In this document: positions 53,208 through 64,000 of the stretch, one piece after another
Numbering within the stretch: the stretch's first letter is position 1
Layout of the letters: every line of letters begins with the position of its first letter
Source of the DNA: an uncultured Alphaproteobacteria bacterium
GTDB taxonomy: Bacteria > Pseudomonadota > Alphaproteobacteria > Sphingomonadales > Sphingomonadaceae
Direction: 5' to 3'
DNA length: 64,000 nt
NCBI GenBank assembly: GCA_963827675.1
Contig: CAWHBP010000008.1
Coordinates: 381,088 to 445,087, forward strand
Notes under the pieces: model-generated
What the model was told of the DNA's origin: nothing
Databases searched by the model: none
The model's input: the letters and a program-made list of their open reading frames with translations, nothing else
Made by a program: the position numbers and the translations under genes

Positions 53208-53576
53208 ATGGCTCGTATTGCCGGGGTCAACATCCCCACCAACAAGCGCGTCGAAATCGCGCTGACCTACATCCACGGTATCGGCCGCACGAAGGCCAAG
53301 AAGATCACAGAGCAGCTCGGCATCACGCCGGAAAAGCGCGTCCAGGACCTCACCGACCAGGAAGTGCTGCACATCCGCGAAGCGATCGACAAGGACCACA
53401 CGGTCGAGGGCGATCTGCGCCGTGAGACTGCAATGAACATCAAGCGGCTGATGGACCTCGCCTGCTACCGCGGGCTTCGCCATCGCAGGGGCCTTCCGGT
53501 CCGCGGCCAGCGCACGCACACCAATGCGCGCACCCGCAAGGGCAAGGCCAAGCCGATCGCGGGCAAGAAGAAGTAA
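53208..53576 (+). CDS. rpsM: 30S ribosomal protein S13
   Basis: [37 protein letters not shown]. Confidence 0.99.
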   Translation: MARIAGVNIPTNKRVEIALTYIHGIGRTKAKKITEQLGITPEKRVQDLTDQEVLHIREAIDKDHTVEGDLRRETAMNIKRLMDLACYRGLRHRRGLPVRGQRTHTNARTRKGKAKPIAGKKK

Positions 53577-53627
53577 GCGCTTCTTCCGTCCGTCCTCAGC
53601 AGCTTTAAGAGATTGTAGGAACATCGA

Positions 53628-54017
53628 ATGGCCCAGGCACCCCAGCGTCTCCGCAGGAGGGAGCGCAAGAATATTTCGGCCGGCGTCGCGCACGTGAACG
53701 CCAGCTTCAACAACACCATGATCACCATCACCGACGCGCAGGGTAACGCCATCGCGTGGAGCTCGGCCGGAATGATGGGCTTCAAGGGCAGCCGCAAGTC
53801 GACGCCCTATGCCGCGCAGGTCGCGGCGGAAGACGCGGGCCGCAAGGCCGCCGATCACGGCGTCCGCACCCTCGAGGTCGAGGTCAAGGGCCCCGGCTCG
53901 GGCCGCGAGAGCGCCCTCCGCGCGCTCCAGGCGGTCGGCTTCACGATCACCAGCATCCGCGACGTGACCCCGATCCCGCACAACGGGGTGCGTCCTTCCA
54001 AGCGGCGCCGCGTCTAA
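53628..54017 (+). CDS. rpsK: 30S ribosomal protein S11
   Basis: [29 protein letters not shown]. Confidence 0.99.
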   Translation: MAQAPQRLRRRERKNISAGVAHVNASFNNTMITITDAQGNAIAWSSAGMMGFKGSRKSTPYAAQVAAEDAGRKAADHGVRTLEVEVKGPGSGRESALRALQAVGFTITSIRDVTPIPHNGVRPSKRRRV

Positions 54018-54103
54018 CCAGGCTGGCGCCGTTCCTCGGGGGACGCCTCGGGGGTTTTTGATTATCGGGCGGGAGCAAGCCCGCCCTAAGGGCAGGAAGA
54101 CAT

Positions 54104-55178
54104 ATGGCCGTTAACGCAAAGAACTGGCAGGAACTCAAGAAGCCCAACGTGCTCGAGAAGAAGCAGTCGGGGGGCGATAGCCGCCGCCGCGCCGTGTTCG
54201 TCGCCGAGCCACTGGAGCGCGGCTTCGGAATGACGCTCGGCAACTCGCTTCGCCGCGTGTTGCTGAGCTCGCTCCAGGGCGCCGCCGTCACGTCGATCAA
54301 GATCGACGGCGTGCTTCATGAGTTCTCGAGCCTCGTGGGTGTCCGCGAGGACGTCACCGACATCGTCTTGAACGTGAAGCAGATCGCGCTGCGCATGGAA
54401 GGCGAAGGCCCGAAGCGGCTTCACCTCAGCGCCACGGGCCCCGCGGAAGTCACCGCGGGCATGATCGCCACGACCGGCGACATCGAGGTCACCAACCCCG
54501 ACCTCGTGATCTGCCACCTCGACGAAGGCGCGACGCTCAACATCGAGCTCACCGCCGACATCGGCAAGGGCTACGTCCCCGCGGTCGCGAACCGCCCGGC
54601 CGACGCGCCGATTGGCCTGATCCCGGTCGACGCGCTGTACAGCCCGGTCCGCCAGGTTGCGTACAAGGTCGAGAACACCCGCGTCGGGCAGGAGCTCGAC
54701 TACGACAAGCTCACGCTGACCATCGAGACCGACGGTACCGTCGCGCCGGAAGACGCGCTCGGCTATGCCGCGCGGATCCTTCAGGACCAGCTGCAGCTGT
54801 TCGTACACTTCGACGACAGCCAAGTCCGCATGGCGGCCTCGCCGATGATCGGCCAGCCGACTGCGGCAATGCCGGTCGAGACGCAGGCCGACACCAACCA
54901 GCTCAACCGCTATCTGCTCAAGAAGGTGGACGAGCTGGAGCTTTCGGTCCGCAGCGCCGAATTGCCTCAAGAACGACAACATCATCTACATCGGCGACCT
55001 GGTCCAGAAGACCGAAGCCGAGATGCTGCGCACGCCGAACTTCGGCCGCAAGTCGCTCAACGAGATCAAGGAAGTCCTCGCGTCGATGGGCCTGCGCCTC
55101 GGCATGGACATCCCCGGCTGGCCGCCGGAGAACATCGAGGAAATGGCCAAGAAGCTCGAGCAGGAAATGCTGGGCTAA
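54104..55178 (+). CDS. rpoA: RNA polymerase alpha subunit (frameshift near 54960)
   Basis: [22 protein letters not shown]; alpha-CTD ELSVRSA then NCLKND...[12 protein letters not shown] in shifted frame to TAA 55178. Confidence 0.98.
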
Positions 55179-55215
55179 AGGGTTTCGCTTAAAGCGTTAC
55201 TTAGAGCGAGATGAG

Positions 55216-55251
55216 AAAAAGGGAGGGCCGCTCCGGTTGGGGCGGCCCTTC
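55216..55251 (-). terminator. Intrinsic terminator hairpin between convergent genes
   Basis: GGGCCGCTCC-GGTT-GGGGCGGCCC stem with A5 on the left (U-tract on minus strand). Confidence 0.75.
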
Positions 55252-55279
55252 TACTTGGGGAGCTGCACTAATCCGCTGG

Positions 55280-56982
55280 TCAGCTCAAAGGGAAAAGGTC
55301 GTCCGCAGCCGGAAGCATTAGCGGGTCGAGGAATTGCGCGGCGCTCAACAAGGAACTCGCCTCGGCATCTCCCCCCGCGAGCTCAGGCGAGGCAGCCGTG
55401 GTCATGCCTGAGGGAGAGTCCGCCCACGCGGAAGCAAGCGCGCTCGAAAGTATGATCGGCGGTCCGCCGAAGTAAATCTGGACGCCGCCTTCAGGGGCCG
55501 CGTCAACCTTGACGCTCGGATTGCGCACATCGCTCAGGAAGAGCGAGGTCGACCCGAAGGTAAGCTGGCTGCCCGACGATCCCGAGGTAAGCCCCACGGT
55601 AAGTCCCAAAGTCGCGTCCGTCAGGACGATGCGATCGCCCCTGGCGAAGTCCGTGATCGTATCGCCGCCGAAGTTGGCAACCGCGTCCTGAAATACGTCG
55701 CTGCCATTGCCGCCTGTCAAAATATCGCTGCCGCTGCGACCGGATAGAACGTTCGCGACGCTGTTGCCGATCAGCGTATCGGCGCCACTCCCGCCGATCG
55801 CGTTCTCGATCACCGTTCCCCGGGCGATGACGACGTTGCCGACCAAAGCGCCGATGTTCGAAAAGGCTTCCGGATTGAGGTTGATCCAGCTGGTTGGTCG
55901 CGAAACCGGAATAATCGAGCGTGTCGACGCCGGCGGAAGTCAAAGATCGTGTAGGACACGTTCGGGTTCAGCGTCGCATCGAACGCGGTCCGGCCACTGT
56001 TGTTGTTGAAGCCGTAGGTCGTGTCACCCACCCGCGTCGTGGTCGATAGGCCGTACAGATTGCCCATCGCGATGATGTCCGCGACCTGCGGCGTCTTGAT
56101 CGCGACGTTCGAGAAGCCGAGGCCAGCGTAATAGCCGTTCTCGCCATTGTCGAAGTAGGACATGATGCTGATCGCCGCACCGTCGTTGCTCCACAGCGCG
56201 TCGTCCGGATAGACGGCGCCAGCGGTCCCGGCGTTCGAGTTGCTGGTGTGCCCGATCCCCAGCGCGTGGCCGATCTCGTGCATGTAGGTGTGCAGGTTGA
56301 TCCGGTAAGTTGCGACGTTGACGATCGCCGATGTCGTGATGTGGTTCTCGTGCACGGTGTCGGCGAAGGCGCCGGTACCCTGGTCCAGGTCGTCGAACGT
56401 GATCTGGGCACCGCCCGATTGCTCGACGAAGTTCACCCCGATGATGTCGGTCCATTGCTGCAGCGCCTGCAGGGCAACCGCCCGTCCGGCGTCCGTAATT
56501 CCTGTGAAGTCGACGGTGATGGTGCCGCCTTGCGTGACATCGAAATGGTGAAAGTCGCCATCGAAGAAGCCGTGGGTCATCTGGTTCGCAATCTGGTCCA
56601 GAGTGCCCACTGCCCGGCAGCACATAATTGCTGACGGAAAGCTCATACGCACCGGTGCCGGTATAGTCGGGATCCGACCCGTCGTTCACCCAGGCAGCGA
56701 CATCGATGTAGTAGGTCCCGGTGGTCGGGGCGGTGAAGACCAGCCTCGAACCGCGCCCCCGCCGCCATCGTCATTTTCGCCGAGAACCGTTCCGCTGGCG
56801 TTGCGGATGTAAAGGTACGGATCTTCCAGGGTGACGACGTTCAGCGCGATGCTGACCTTCTGGCCCGCAGTCAGCTGGAGCCTGAACCAGTCATGGTCGC
56901 CGACTGTTTCGATCTCGTTTGTGATGGTCGTGCCGACGGTGATTGTCACGCCCGTCGTTGAGTTGCCAGGTACGTCCGCCAT
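55280..56982 (-). CDS. Serralysin-like M10 metalloprotease with N-terminal PPC-like domain and RTX repeats (frameshifted)
   Basis: GDHDWF PPC-like domain; [11 protein letters not shown] zinc motif; SIMSY Met-turn; [22 protein letters not shown] repeats. Confidence 0.9.
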
Positions 56983-57142
56983 TTGGAACCCCCATGCCGG
57001 GCCGTCCGCTACGCCAGCGACGTTCGAATCAGCATGTTAGGCCATTTCCATGCGTGATTTGCGCAATGACTCCCTCCGCTATGCCAAATTTTGGCACGTG
57101 CACGAGGGCTCGCGTTCCGGCGTGGGCCTGGCCGGCGACCGA

Positions 57143-58247
57143 TCATTCTTCCGTCTGGATGAGGACGGTCTCGCCGATGAGAAGGAACAGCAGGAACGGC
57201 GCCCAGGCGGCGATCAGCGGCGGGTAAGCGCCGGCATTGCCCATCGCCAGGCTGAAATTGTCGGCGACGAAATAGGCGAACCCGAGCGCCATTCCGATGC
57301 ATGCGCGAAGCAGCACCTGTCCCGAACGCGCCAGCCCGAACGCGGCGATGGCGGCGAGGAGGGGCATGAGCAGCGTCGACAACGGGCCCGAGATTTTATG
57401 CGGCGAGGCCTGCCTTGGCTTCGTCGGCGGGCCGCCCGGCGGCTTCGAGTTCGGTGATGCGCCGCTTGAGCGTCCAGTAGTCGAGCTCGCTCGGATCGAC
57501 CTTGGCAAGCGTGAGCTGCTCGGGGTCACGCCGGTCATGGCCGGGCAATTGCGGCACCCGGCGGACGAGGTTCATGTTGGCGTCGTAGATCCGCACGTCC
57601 TGGAGCAGCCAGTCGTTCGATTGCGGCTGCGGGTCGGCGCGTTTCGCGGTCGATGACGCGCTGCAGAGCGATTCCGGATCGGTCGTAGATCGCGACATTT
57701 TGCGCAGCGAGGCGTGGTGCCGCCCCGCGACGATGCCGGCGCGCACGAAATCGTCGCCGTTGAGGACCCAGACGTTGCTGTTGATCCCGCTTTCCGGCGG
57801 GATCGGCTTGTAGTCGTTGTCGGTCCAGGCGTTCACGGTGCGCGCGGAGTTGACCACGACCGTTTCGTTGAACGCGAACAGCAAGGCGGCAACGCCGATG
57901 CTGGCGACGATCAAGGGCGCGAGGATCTGGTGTGCGGAAAGGCCCGCCGCCTTCATGGCCACGACCTCGCTGTGCTGGTTGAGGCCGACGAAGGCGATCA
58001 GTGTGCCGAGCAGCACGGAGAAGGGCAGGAAGCGCTGGACCAGCAAGGGAATGCGCAAGCCGACATAGCGCCACAGATCGGCATCGCCATTGCCGGGCAC
58101 CGCGAGGATCTTGCCGAACTCGCCGAGCAGGTCGAGCGTCATCAGCACGAGCACCAAAGCGATCAGGACCGCGAGGCTTCGCGTGACGAACAGGCGCGTC
58201 ATGTAGAAGGCGAGCTGGCGTGACGGGAAGAAGCTGAGGTTGATCAT
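57143..58247 (-). CDS. lptG: LptG-family export permease (frameshifted)
   Basis: LNQHSEVVAMKAAGLSAHQ, KISGPLS, YPPLIAAWAP. Confidence 0.9.
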
Positions 58248-59441
58248 GCGGCGCGCGCCTCTGGGCAGAAGCGAGCGGGCGCGACGGGCAACCTTCGTCG
58301 CGAACCATTCGAGCGCTCCGATCGGCTGGCCACCGGGCCTGTGCGCGAGGATGTGGTACATCCAGAAGATCAAGGCGGCGAGAAATACGAGCGGTGTCCA
58401 AAGGGCGATGACGGCGTTCACCTGCCCGTTGATTGCAGCATCCTCCGCATACTGGTTCACCTTGTGATAGGCGACGACGATCAGGATCGAGAGGAAGATT
58501 CCGAGCGCGGATGAGCTGCGCTTGGGCGGCACGGCCAGCGCGACCGCCAGCAGCGGCAGCATCAGCATCATGAGCACTTCGACCAGGCGGAAGTTGAACG
58601 CCGCCTGCGCCTCCCGTTTTTGGTGGAGGTTGGGGTGATGTCCGCCATAGCCGACCCGCCACAGTTCGTGGAGATACAGCTCATCGGACACCGTGCCGCC
58701 GCGCCCGCGGAATTTGTCGATCGCAGGAAGGTTCACGGGAAGATCGTAGCTGTCGAAAGCGAGGGTTCGCGGCGTCGCAAATTTGGGCGAATCCTGGATG
58801 AGCCGGCCGTCCTCCAACCGGAACAGGATGGTGTTCGGGATCGTCGGTCGAAAGGAAACGGCCGTGGTCGGCGGTCGCGGCGACACTCATGCCGTTCGCA
58901 TTGTCCATCTGCACGAAGATGCCGTGCAGCTGCGTGCCGTCCTTTTCGCTGCGGTCGATGCGCAGCGTCACATGCTTTCCGAGGCGGTTGAATTCGCCGA
59001 CCTTGATCGCCGCGCCGAGCGCGCCCGAGTTCAAGTCGAACCGAAGCCCCTCGTAGCGGTAGTGGGTGTAGGGCTCGAGATAGCCGACGATGAATAGGTT
59101 GAGAGATCGTGAGCGGAATCGTGAATGCATAAGGGATCCGCAGGAGCCGGCCGTAACCGACGCCGATGCCGCGCAACGCATCCAGTTCCGAGGACAAGAG
59201 CGAGCTTGCGGAAGGCGAGCAGGATGCCGAGCATCAGCCCGATCGGAATGCCGAGCGCGAGATATTCTGGCAGTAGGTTCGCAAGCATCCGCCAGACGAC
59301 GCTGACCGGACCGCCCGCCTCGACCACATATTGGAAGAGCCGCAGCATCTTATCGAGGACGAGCAGCATCGCCGCGAGGATCAGCGAGCCGATGAGCGGC
59401 ACCGCGATGGATCGCGCGAGATAGCGGTCGATCAATCCCAC
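58244..59441 (-). CDS. lptF: LptF-family export permease (frameshifted)
   Basis: LIDRYLARSI, SSELDALRGIG, LAVPPKRSSSALG; pieces in three frames. Confidence 0.88.
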
Positions 59442-59642
59442 GTGCCGCAATTTTGGCCGTCCCGACACCATGATTTGGCCGCAAAGGCGGCACAGGTTGC
59501 ACAACGGACGGATGCATCCGGGACTGGTTCGCAGGCCTGGGCGTTTCCGTCGCGAAGTCACCTATAGCAACTGGTCCCGTGAATTCATGTCGAAATCGCT
59601 AGCAACGGCCGAGACGACGGAAAGCACGGGAGACCTGTGCCC

Positions 59643-60652
59643 ATGGAGCGCGGCGGCCGCCAGGCCGCACGGACCCGGCGGCCTCGTATTGCGCTGCTGT
59701 CCAATCCCAAATCGACCGGCAATCTCGCGCAGCTGCCGCGCATTCGCGAATATTGCGCCGACCACCCTGACGTCTTTCACTATGAGGTCGAGCAGGCGTC
59801 GCAGATCGGCGAGGCGATGAAGATCATCGCGCGCGTGCGCCCGAAGGTGCTGGTCATCAACGGCGGCGACGGGACGGTGCAGGCGGCGCTGACCGAGCTT
59901 TACAATGGCGGGCACTTTGGCGAGGACCCGCCGCCAGTGGCCGTACTGCCGAGCGGAAAGACCAATCTCATCGCGCTCGATCTCGGCGCGCGCGGCGATC
60001 CATCGAGACTCTCGAGCGGCTGATCGAGCTCGCGCGCACGGACCTTGCGCCCTATACCGTCGCCCGCGAACTGATCGCGTTGCGCCGTGGTGAAGACGGC
60101 GAGGATCGGCCGGTGATCGGTATGTTCCTTGGCGGCGCGGGCCTTGCCGACACGATGATCTACTGCCGCGAGCACATCTATCCGCTGGGTCTTCCCAACG
60201 GCATGGCGCACGTGATCACCGCCTTTGCCCTGCTCGCGAGGATGTTCCTGCGCGTCAAGTCGAGCTTCCTTCCGCCGGATCCCGAGCCGTTGCACGTCTC
60301 CGTCCGCGACGGCCAGAACGCCATTACGGGCCGGTTCTCGCTGCTTGCGGTGACAACTCTCGAAAAGCTGTTGCTGTCGGGCGAGGTGTCGGGACGCCGG
60401 CAAGGGTCGCTCAAGCTGCTGGCGGTCGAGGAGCGCCCAATGTCACTGATCCGCGGCTTTGTGGCGAGCGCGGTCGGCAGGCTCGGGCGGACCCCGCTGC
60501 CGGGCGTCCACTTCGAAGAGGCGGACGAAATCACCATCCATGGCGAGCGCTCCAACGTCATCCTCGACGGCGAGACGTTCCAGGCGGAACTCGGCCGGCC
60601 AATCAACCTCAGGCTCGCGCAGCCCCTGTCTTTCGTGAAGCTCGCGGCTTAA
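59643..60652 (+). CDS. Diacylglycerol/sphingolipid kinase family protein (frameshift near 60005)
   Basis: SNPKS, NGGDGT, LPSGKTNLIA, LDGE motifs. Confidence 0.88.
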
Positions 60653-60662
60653 ACGCGCCGGC

Positions 60663-61521
60663 ATGTCGGAGCTGCGCGCGCTCGTCGCGGAGGAACTCAG
60701 CATGCCCGTTGATGCGCGGGTGAGTGCGCTGGCCGCGGCGATCGCGAGCCGGCATGTCGGTGCGTCTCGCGCAGTGCTGTTTTACGGCTCCTGCCTGCGC
60801 GAGAAGAAGCTCGAAGGGCTGATGCTCGACTTCTACCTGATCGTGTCCAGCTATCGCGAGGCATATGACAAGAGGTGGCTCGCAGCCGCGAACCGCCTGA
60901 TCCCTCCCAACGTCTTTTATTTCGAGAAGGACGGCATCGCCGCGAAATATGCGGTGTTGAGCGAAGGCGATTTCTACCGCCTCAACGGGCCCGAGACGCG
61001 CAGCGTATCCGTCTGGGCACGCTTCGCGCAGCCGTCCCGGTTGGTCTGGGCAGCCAACGAGCAGGCGCGCGAGCGAGCGATCGAGGCGGTGAGCCGCGCG
61101 GCGCCGACTTTGCTTGAGGCGGCTGGGGCGCGCGGCCGGCGAAAAGCCGCTCGATTGGTGGCGCAGGGCCTTTGCGCTGACCTTTTCGGCGGAGCTCCGC
61201 GCGGAGCGGAAAGGGCGCGGCGCGTCATTCGTCGATCGGGACCGCCAGCGCTTCATCCGGTTCACGGAGCCAGCGGCTGCTGCGATCGACCGCCGCTCCA
61301 AGGCCAGTTGGCGCCGCCGCCGCGTCGAGGGAAAGCTTCTCTCCGTCGCCCGGTTGGCCAAGGCGAGCGCGACGTTCGCAGGCGGCGCGGATTATATCGC
61401 GTGGAAGATCAACCGGCACGCGGGGACAAGCATTCGCCTGAAGCCGTGGCAGCAACGCCATCCGCTCCTTGCCGCGATCAGCCTCTTACCGCGGCTGATC
61501 CGGTCCGGGGCGGTTCGCTAG
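60663..61521 (+). CDS. Hypothetical nucleotidyltransferase-like protein (frameshift near 61135)
   Basis: VLFYGSCLR...LDFYLIV resembles GS..D NTase motif; WARFAQP; YIAWKINRH. Confidence 0.7.
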
Positions 61522-63470
61522 CCGTTCGGGCGAGGGCCGCCGAGACCGCGCTTGCGAGCGCGCCGACGGTGAATGGCTTGCGCAGTAGCTCGTGCCCGCG
61601 CAGCTCGTCGCTCTCCCCTTCGCCGACGTAGCCGGTGACGAACAGTACCGCGAAGTCCCGCGGAGAGTTGAGCTTCAGGAAGCGAATGAGCTCAGGGCCG
61701 GTCATTTCCGGCATGATGACGTCGGTGATCACGAGGTCGAATTCTTGAGCGTTGAACAGCTCGATGGCTTCGGCGCCGCTGCCGCACGCCACCGGGTCAT
61801 AGTCGAGGTCCTCGAGCGCATCGACCGTGGCAGTCCGCACCCGGGGATCATCCTCGACGAGCAGGATTCGCGCTCCGGCGACGTGCACGTCCTGCTCGGC
61901 GCGCAGCGTCGCAGGATGGAGCCTCACCGGTGCAGCGGCTTCGGTGCGTGGCAGGTAGATGGAGACGGTCGTGCCGCGTCCAACCTCGCTCTCGATCCCG
62001 ACCTCTCCGCCGGACTGATGCGCGAATCCGAAGATCTGGCTTAATCCCAGCCCCGTACCCTTTCCAACCGGTTTGGTCGTGAAGAACGGCTCGAATGCCC
62101 GTTCAAGCACTTCGGGTTCCATGCCACAGCCGGTGTCGGTGACGCTGATCTTCACATATTCGCCGGCCTGGATGTCGCCGACCTGGTTGGCGGCAAGCCG
62201 GACATTCTCCGTGGAGATGCGCATCAGACCGCGGCCTTCCATGGCATCGCGCGCGTTCACGGCGAGATTGACGATCGCATTCTCGAGCTGGTGCGGATCG
62301 ACGTAGGTCGGCCAGGTTTCCTTAGCCAGGTCGATTTCGACGCGGATCTGTTCGCCCAGCGTGCGGTCGAAGAGGTCGGACATGCTGCCGATCAACTCAT
62401 TGCCGTCGACGCGCTCGGGCAGCAGCGGCTCGGATCGGGCGAAGGACAGCAGACGCCGGGTTAGCGCAGCGGCCCGGGTCGCGCCGTCCATTGCATTATT
62501 CAGGTGCATCGTGACTTCCCGGCGGGGGCCGTTGATGCGCCGCAATGCCAGGTCGATGCCGCCGACGACGACCGCCAGCATGTTGTTGAAGTCGTGGGCG
62601 ATGCCGCCGGTCAGCTGGCCGACCGCCTCCATCTTCTGGACCTGGCGGAGCTGGGCTTCGGCCGCCTCGCGTTCCTTGGCTTCGGCGCGGAGCGCTTCGT
62701 TCGCTTCCCACAATTCCTGGGTGCGGTCGCGCACAGCGTATTCCAGCGCTTCGGCTCGCTCCACCTCGCTCTCGAACTGGCGCCGAGCCGCGGCGTTCTG
62801 GCGCAGTGCCTGAACCGCGACGACACCAAGGAAGATGGCTCCCAGCCCGACGATGAAGCCAATCCAGCTCAGATAGTCGCTGCGCCGGCTCGCCTGCTCG
62901 GAGAAAAATTGGCTCTGCTCGATGCGATCGCGAAGGGACTGGCGTTCGGCGCGGATGATTTCCTCAAGCTTGTTGTCGAGCTCGTCACCCGTTCCTTCAG
63001 TCGGCGGCCTGGTAGAAATAGCTGATGCCGGCATCGCCCTGCTTGGCGAGCGCGGCGCGAGCGGCAAGGGACAGCTCCGCATTGCGCTTGCGGTACAGGT
63101 CGCGCAGCTCCGCGACGCGGCGAAGCTGCTCGGGACTGGAGCGCATCAGGTTGCTGAGCTGGCCGATCTGATAGCCGGCGAGCTGCCAGTCGCTGGCGTA
63201 GATGTTGCCGCTTCCCTTGACGTCCTCGTCGAGCACGAAGCGGGCGAGCGCAGCCTCAGCGCGCGACACGTTCGCGCTGACGTTCCGAACGACGAGCGCG
63301 ACTTCGTACGTATGGCGTTCCGCGGCGAGCGCTCGCTCCCGCGCGTCGTTCGCGAATTTGACCAGGAAAATCATCGCAACGAGGATCAGCGCGGCGATCA
63401 AGCCCGCGACTGCTGCTCCGCCTCGACTCCAGTCGAACCGGACTTCTTCGTCGTCCCCAACCCCGATCAT
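61478..63470 (-). CDS. Hybrid sensor histidine kinase/response regulator (frameshift near 63000)
   Basis: TM-periplasmic-TM, [31 protein letters not shown], receiver LLVEDD...TDVIMP...KPF. Confidence 0.93.
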
Positions 63471-63529
63471 GAGGGGCAATGTAGCCCCGTTAACTTTTTC
63501 GCGAAACCCAAAGGTTCCACCGAATTAGT

Positions 63530-64000
63530 TCAGCTTATGCAGCCTGTTGCACGGCCTGCCGCAGCAAACATGTCGAAGATCTCTCCGACCTGCTCTTCGC
63601 TGTGGAGCGCGCACAGCGAGCAACGGAGCAAAGTCATGCCCGCCGGCGTGGCCGGTGGGCGTGCCAAATTGACGTAAAGTCCTTCGTGCAGGAGCGCCTC
63701 CCACATGGCGGCGCCCGTTTCGAGGTCCGGCATGATGACGGCGATGATCGCCGATTGCGGCTCGTCGGTGCCGAGTTTGAAGCCGAGCTGGCGAAGGCCG
63801 GCGTGGAGACGCTTGCTGTTCTCCCACAGGTGAGCGCGCTTGTCCGCGCTGTCCATCAGCTTGCGGATCGACGTCGCGGCGGTTGCGACGACCGATGGCG
63901 GCAGCGACGCCGTGAATACGTAGGGCCGGCAGACCAGGCGGAGGATCTCGAACTTGGGGTGGTTGGAAACGCAGAAACCGCCGACGGTCCCCACCGACTT
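63530..64000 (-). CDS. spt: Serine palmitoyltransferase (class II aminotransferase), C-terminal part
   Basis: KSVGTVGGF PLP-lysine motif, CRPYVFTASLPP, NLARPPATP, LLRCS; context with lipid kinase and lptFG. Confidence 0.85.
   Translation of the reverse strand, partial: KSVGTVGGFCVSNHPKFEILRLVCRPYVFTASLPPSVVATAATSIRKLMDSADKRAHLWENSKRLHAGLRQLGFKLGTDEPQSAIIAVIMPDLETGAAMWEALLHEGLYVNLARPPATPAGMTLLRCSLCALHSEEQVGEIFDMFAAAGRATGCIS

Noticed and set aside
54032-54060. Hairpin plus T-run between rpsK and rpoA as terminator
   Set aside because: Stem relies on several G-U pairs and reads equally as a CCTCGGGGG direct repeat; too weak to call.
57396-58886. Apparent LptF-LptG fusion ORF
   Set aside because: An ATGA overlap at 58244-58247 is present; a one-base indel in this error-rich region explains the read-through.
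370-63470. Widespread frameshifts suggesting pseudogenes or programmed frameshifting (smc, pirin, ku, ligD, acylase, ileS, rpoA, lptFG, kinases)
   Set aside because: They hit essential genes, all domains remain intact in adjacent frames, and they cluster regionally; best explained by long-read consensus indel errors.

Overview
GC-rich alphaproteobacterial chromosomal segment, most consistent with Sphingomonadaceae (serine palmitoyltransferase plus lptFG cluster, gene order, codon style). Mostly housekeeping: smc, mutY, rlmB, tRNA-Tyr/Gly, Ku-ligD, pip, gshA, rsmE, ubiA, pmbA, mrp, hflKC-degP, queF, lspA-ileS-ribF, rpsM-rpsK-rpoA, lptFG, spt. Many genes, including essential ones (smc, ileS, rpoA), carry single-base frameshifts that are most likely assembly errors. 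The most notable signal is a family of 34-bp sites (13-bp inverted arms around an asymmetric 8-bp spacer TC[G/C]ACCC[A/C]). Four same-orientation copies (9384, 11266, 12342, 12741) separate accessory genes into cassette-like units between creD and pirin. A fifth copy plus a spacer-deleted sixth bracket a second island between rsmE and ubiA. Arms around the DUF1254 gene appear swapped, as expected from site-specific integration of a circular cassette. No recombinase is visible in the window, so the mechanism is inference. Other leads: a receiver-less CtrA-like regulator next to a CtrA-box-like site, an alpha operon lacking rplQ, and a sphingolipid modification/export cluster.
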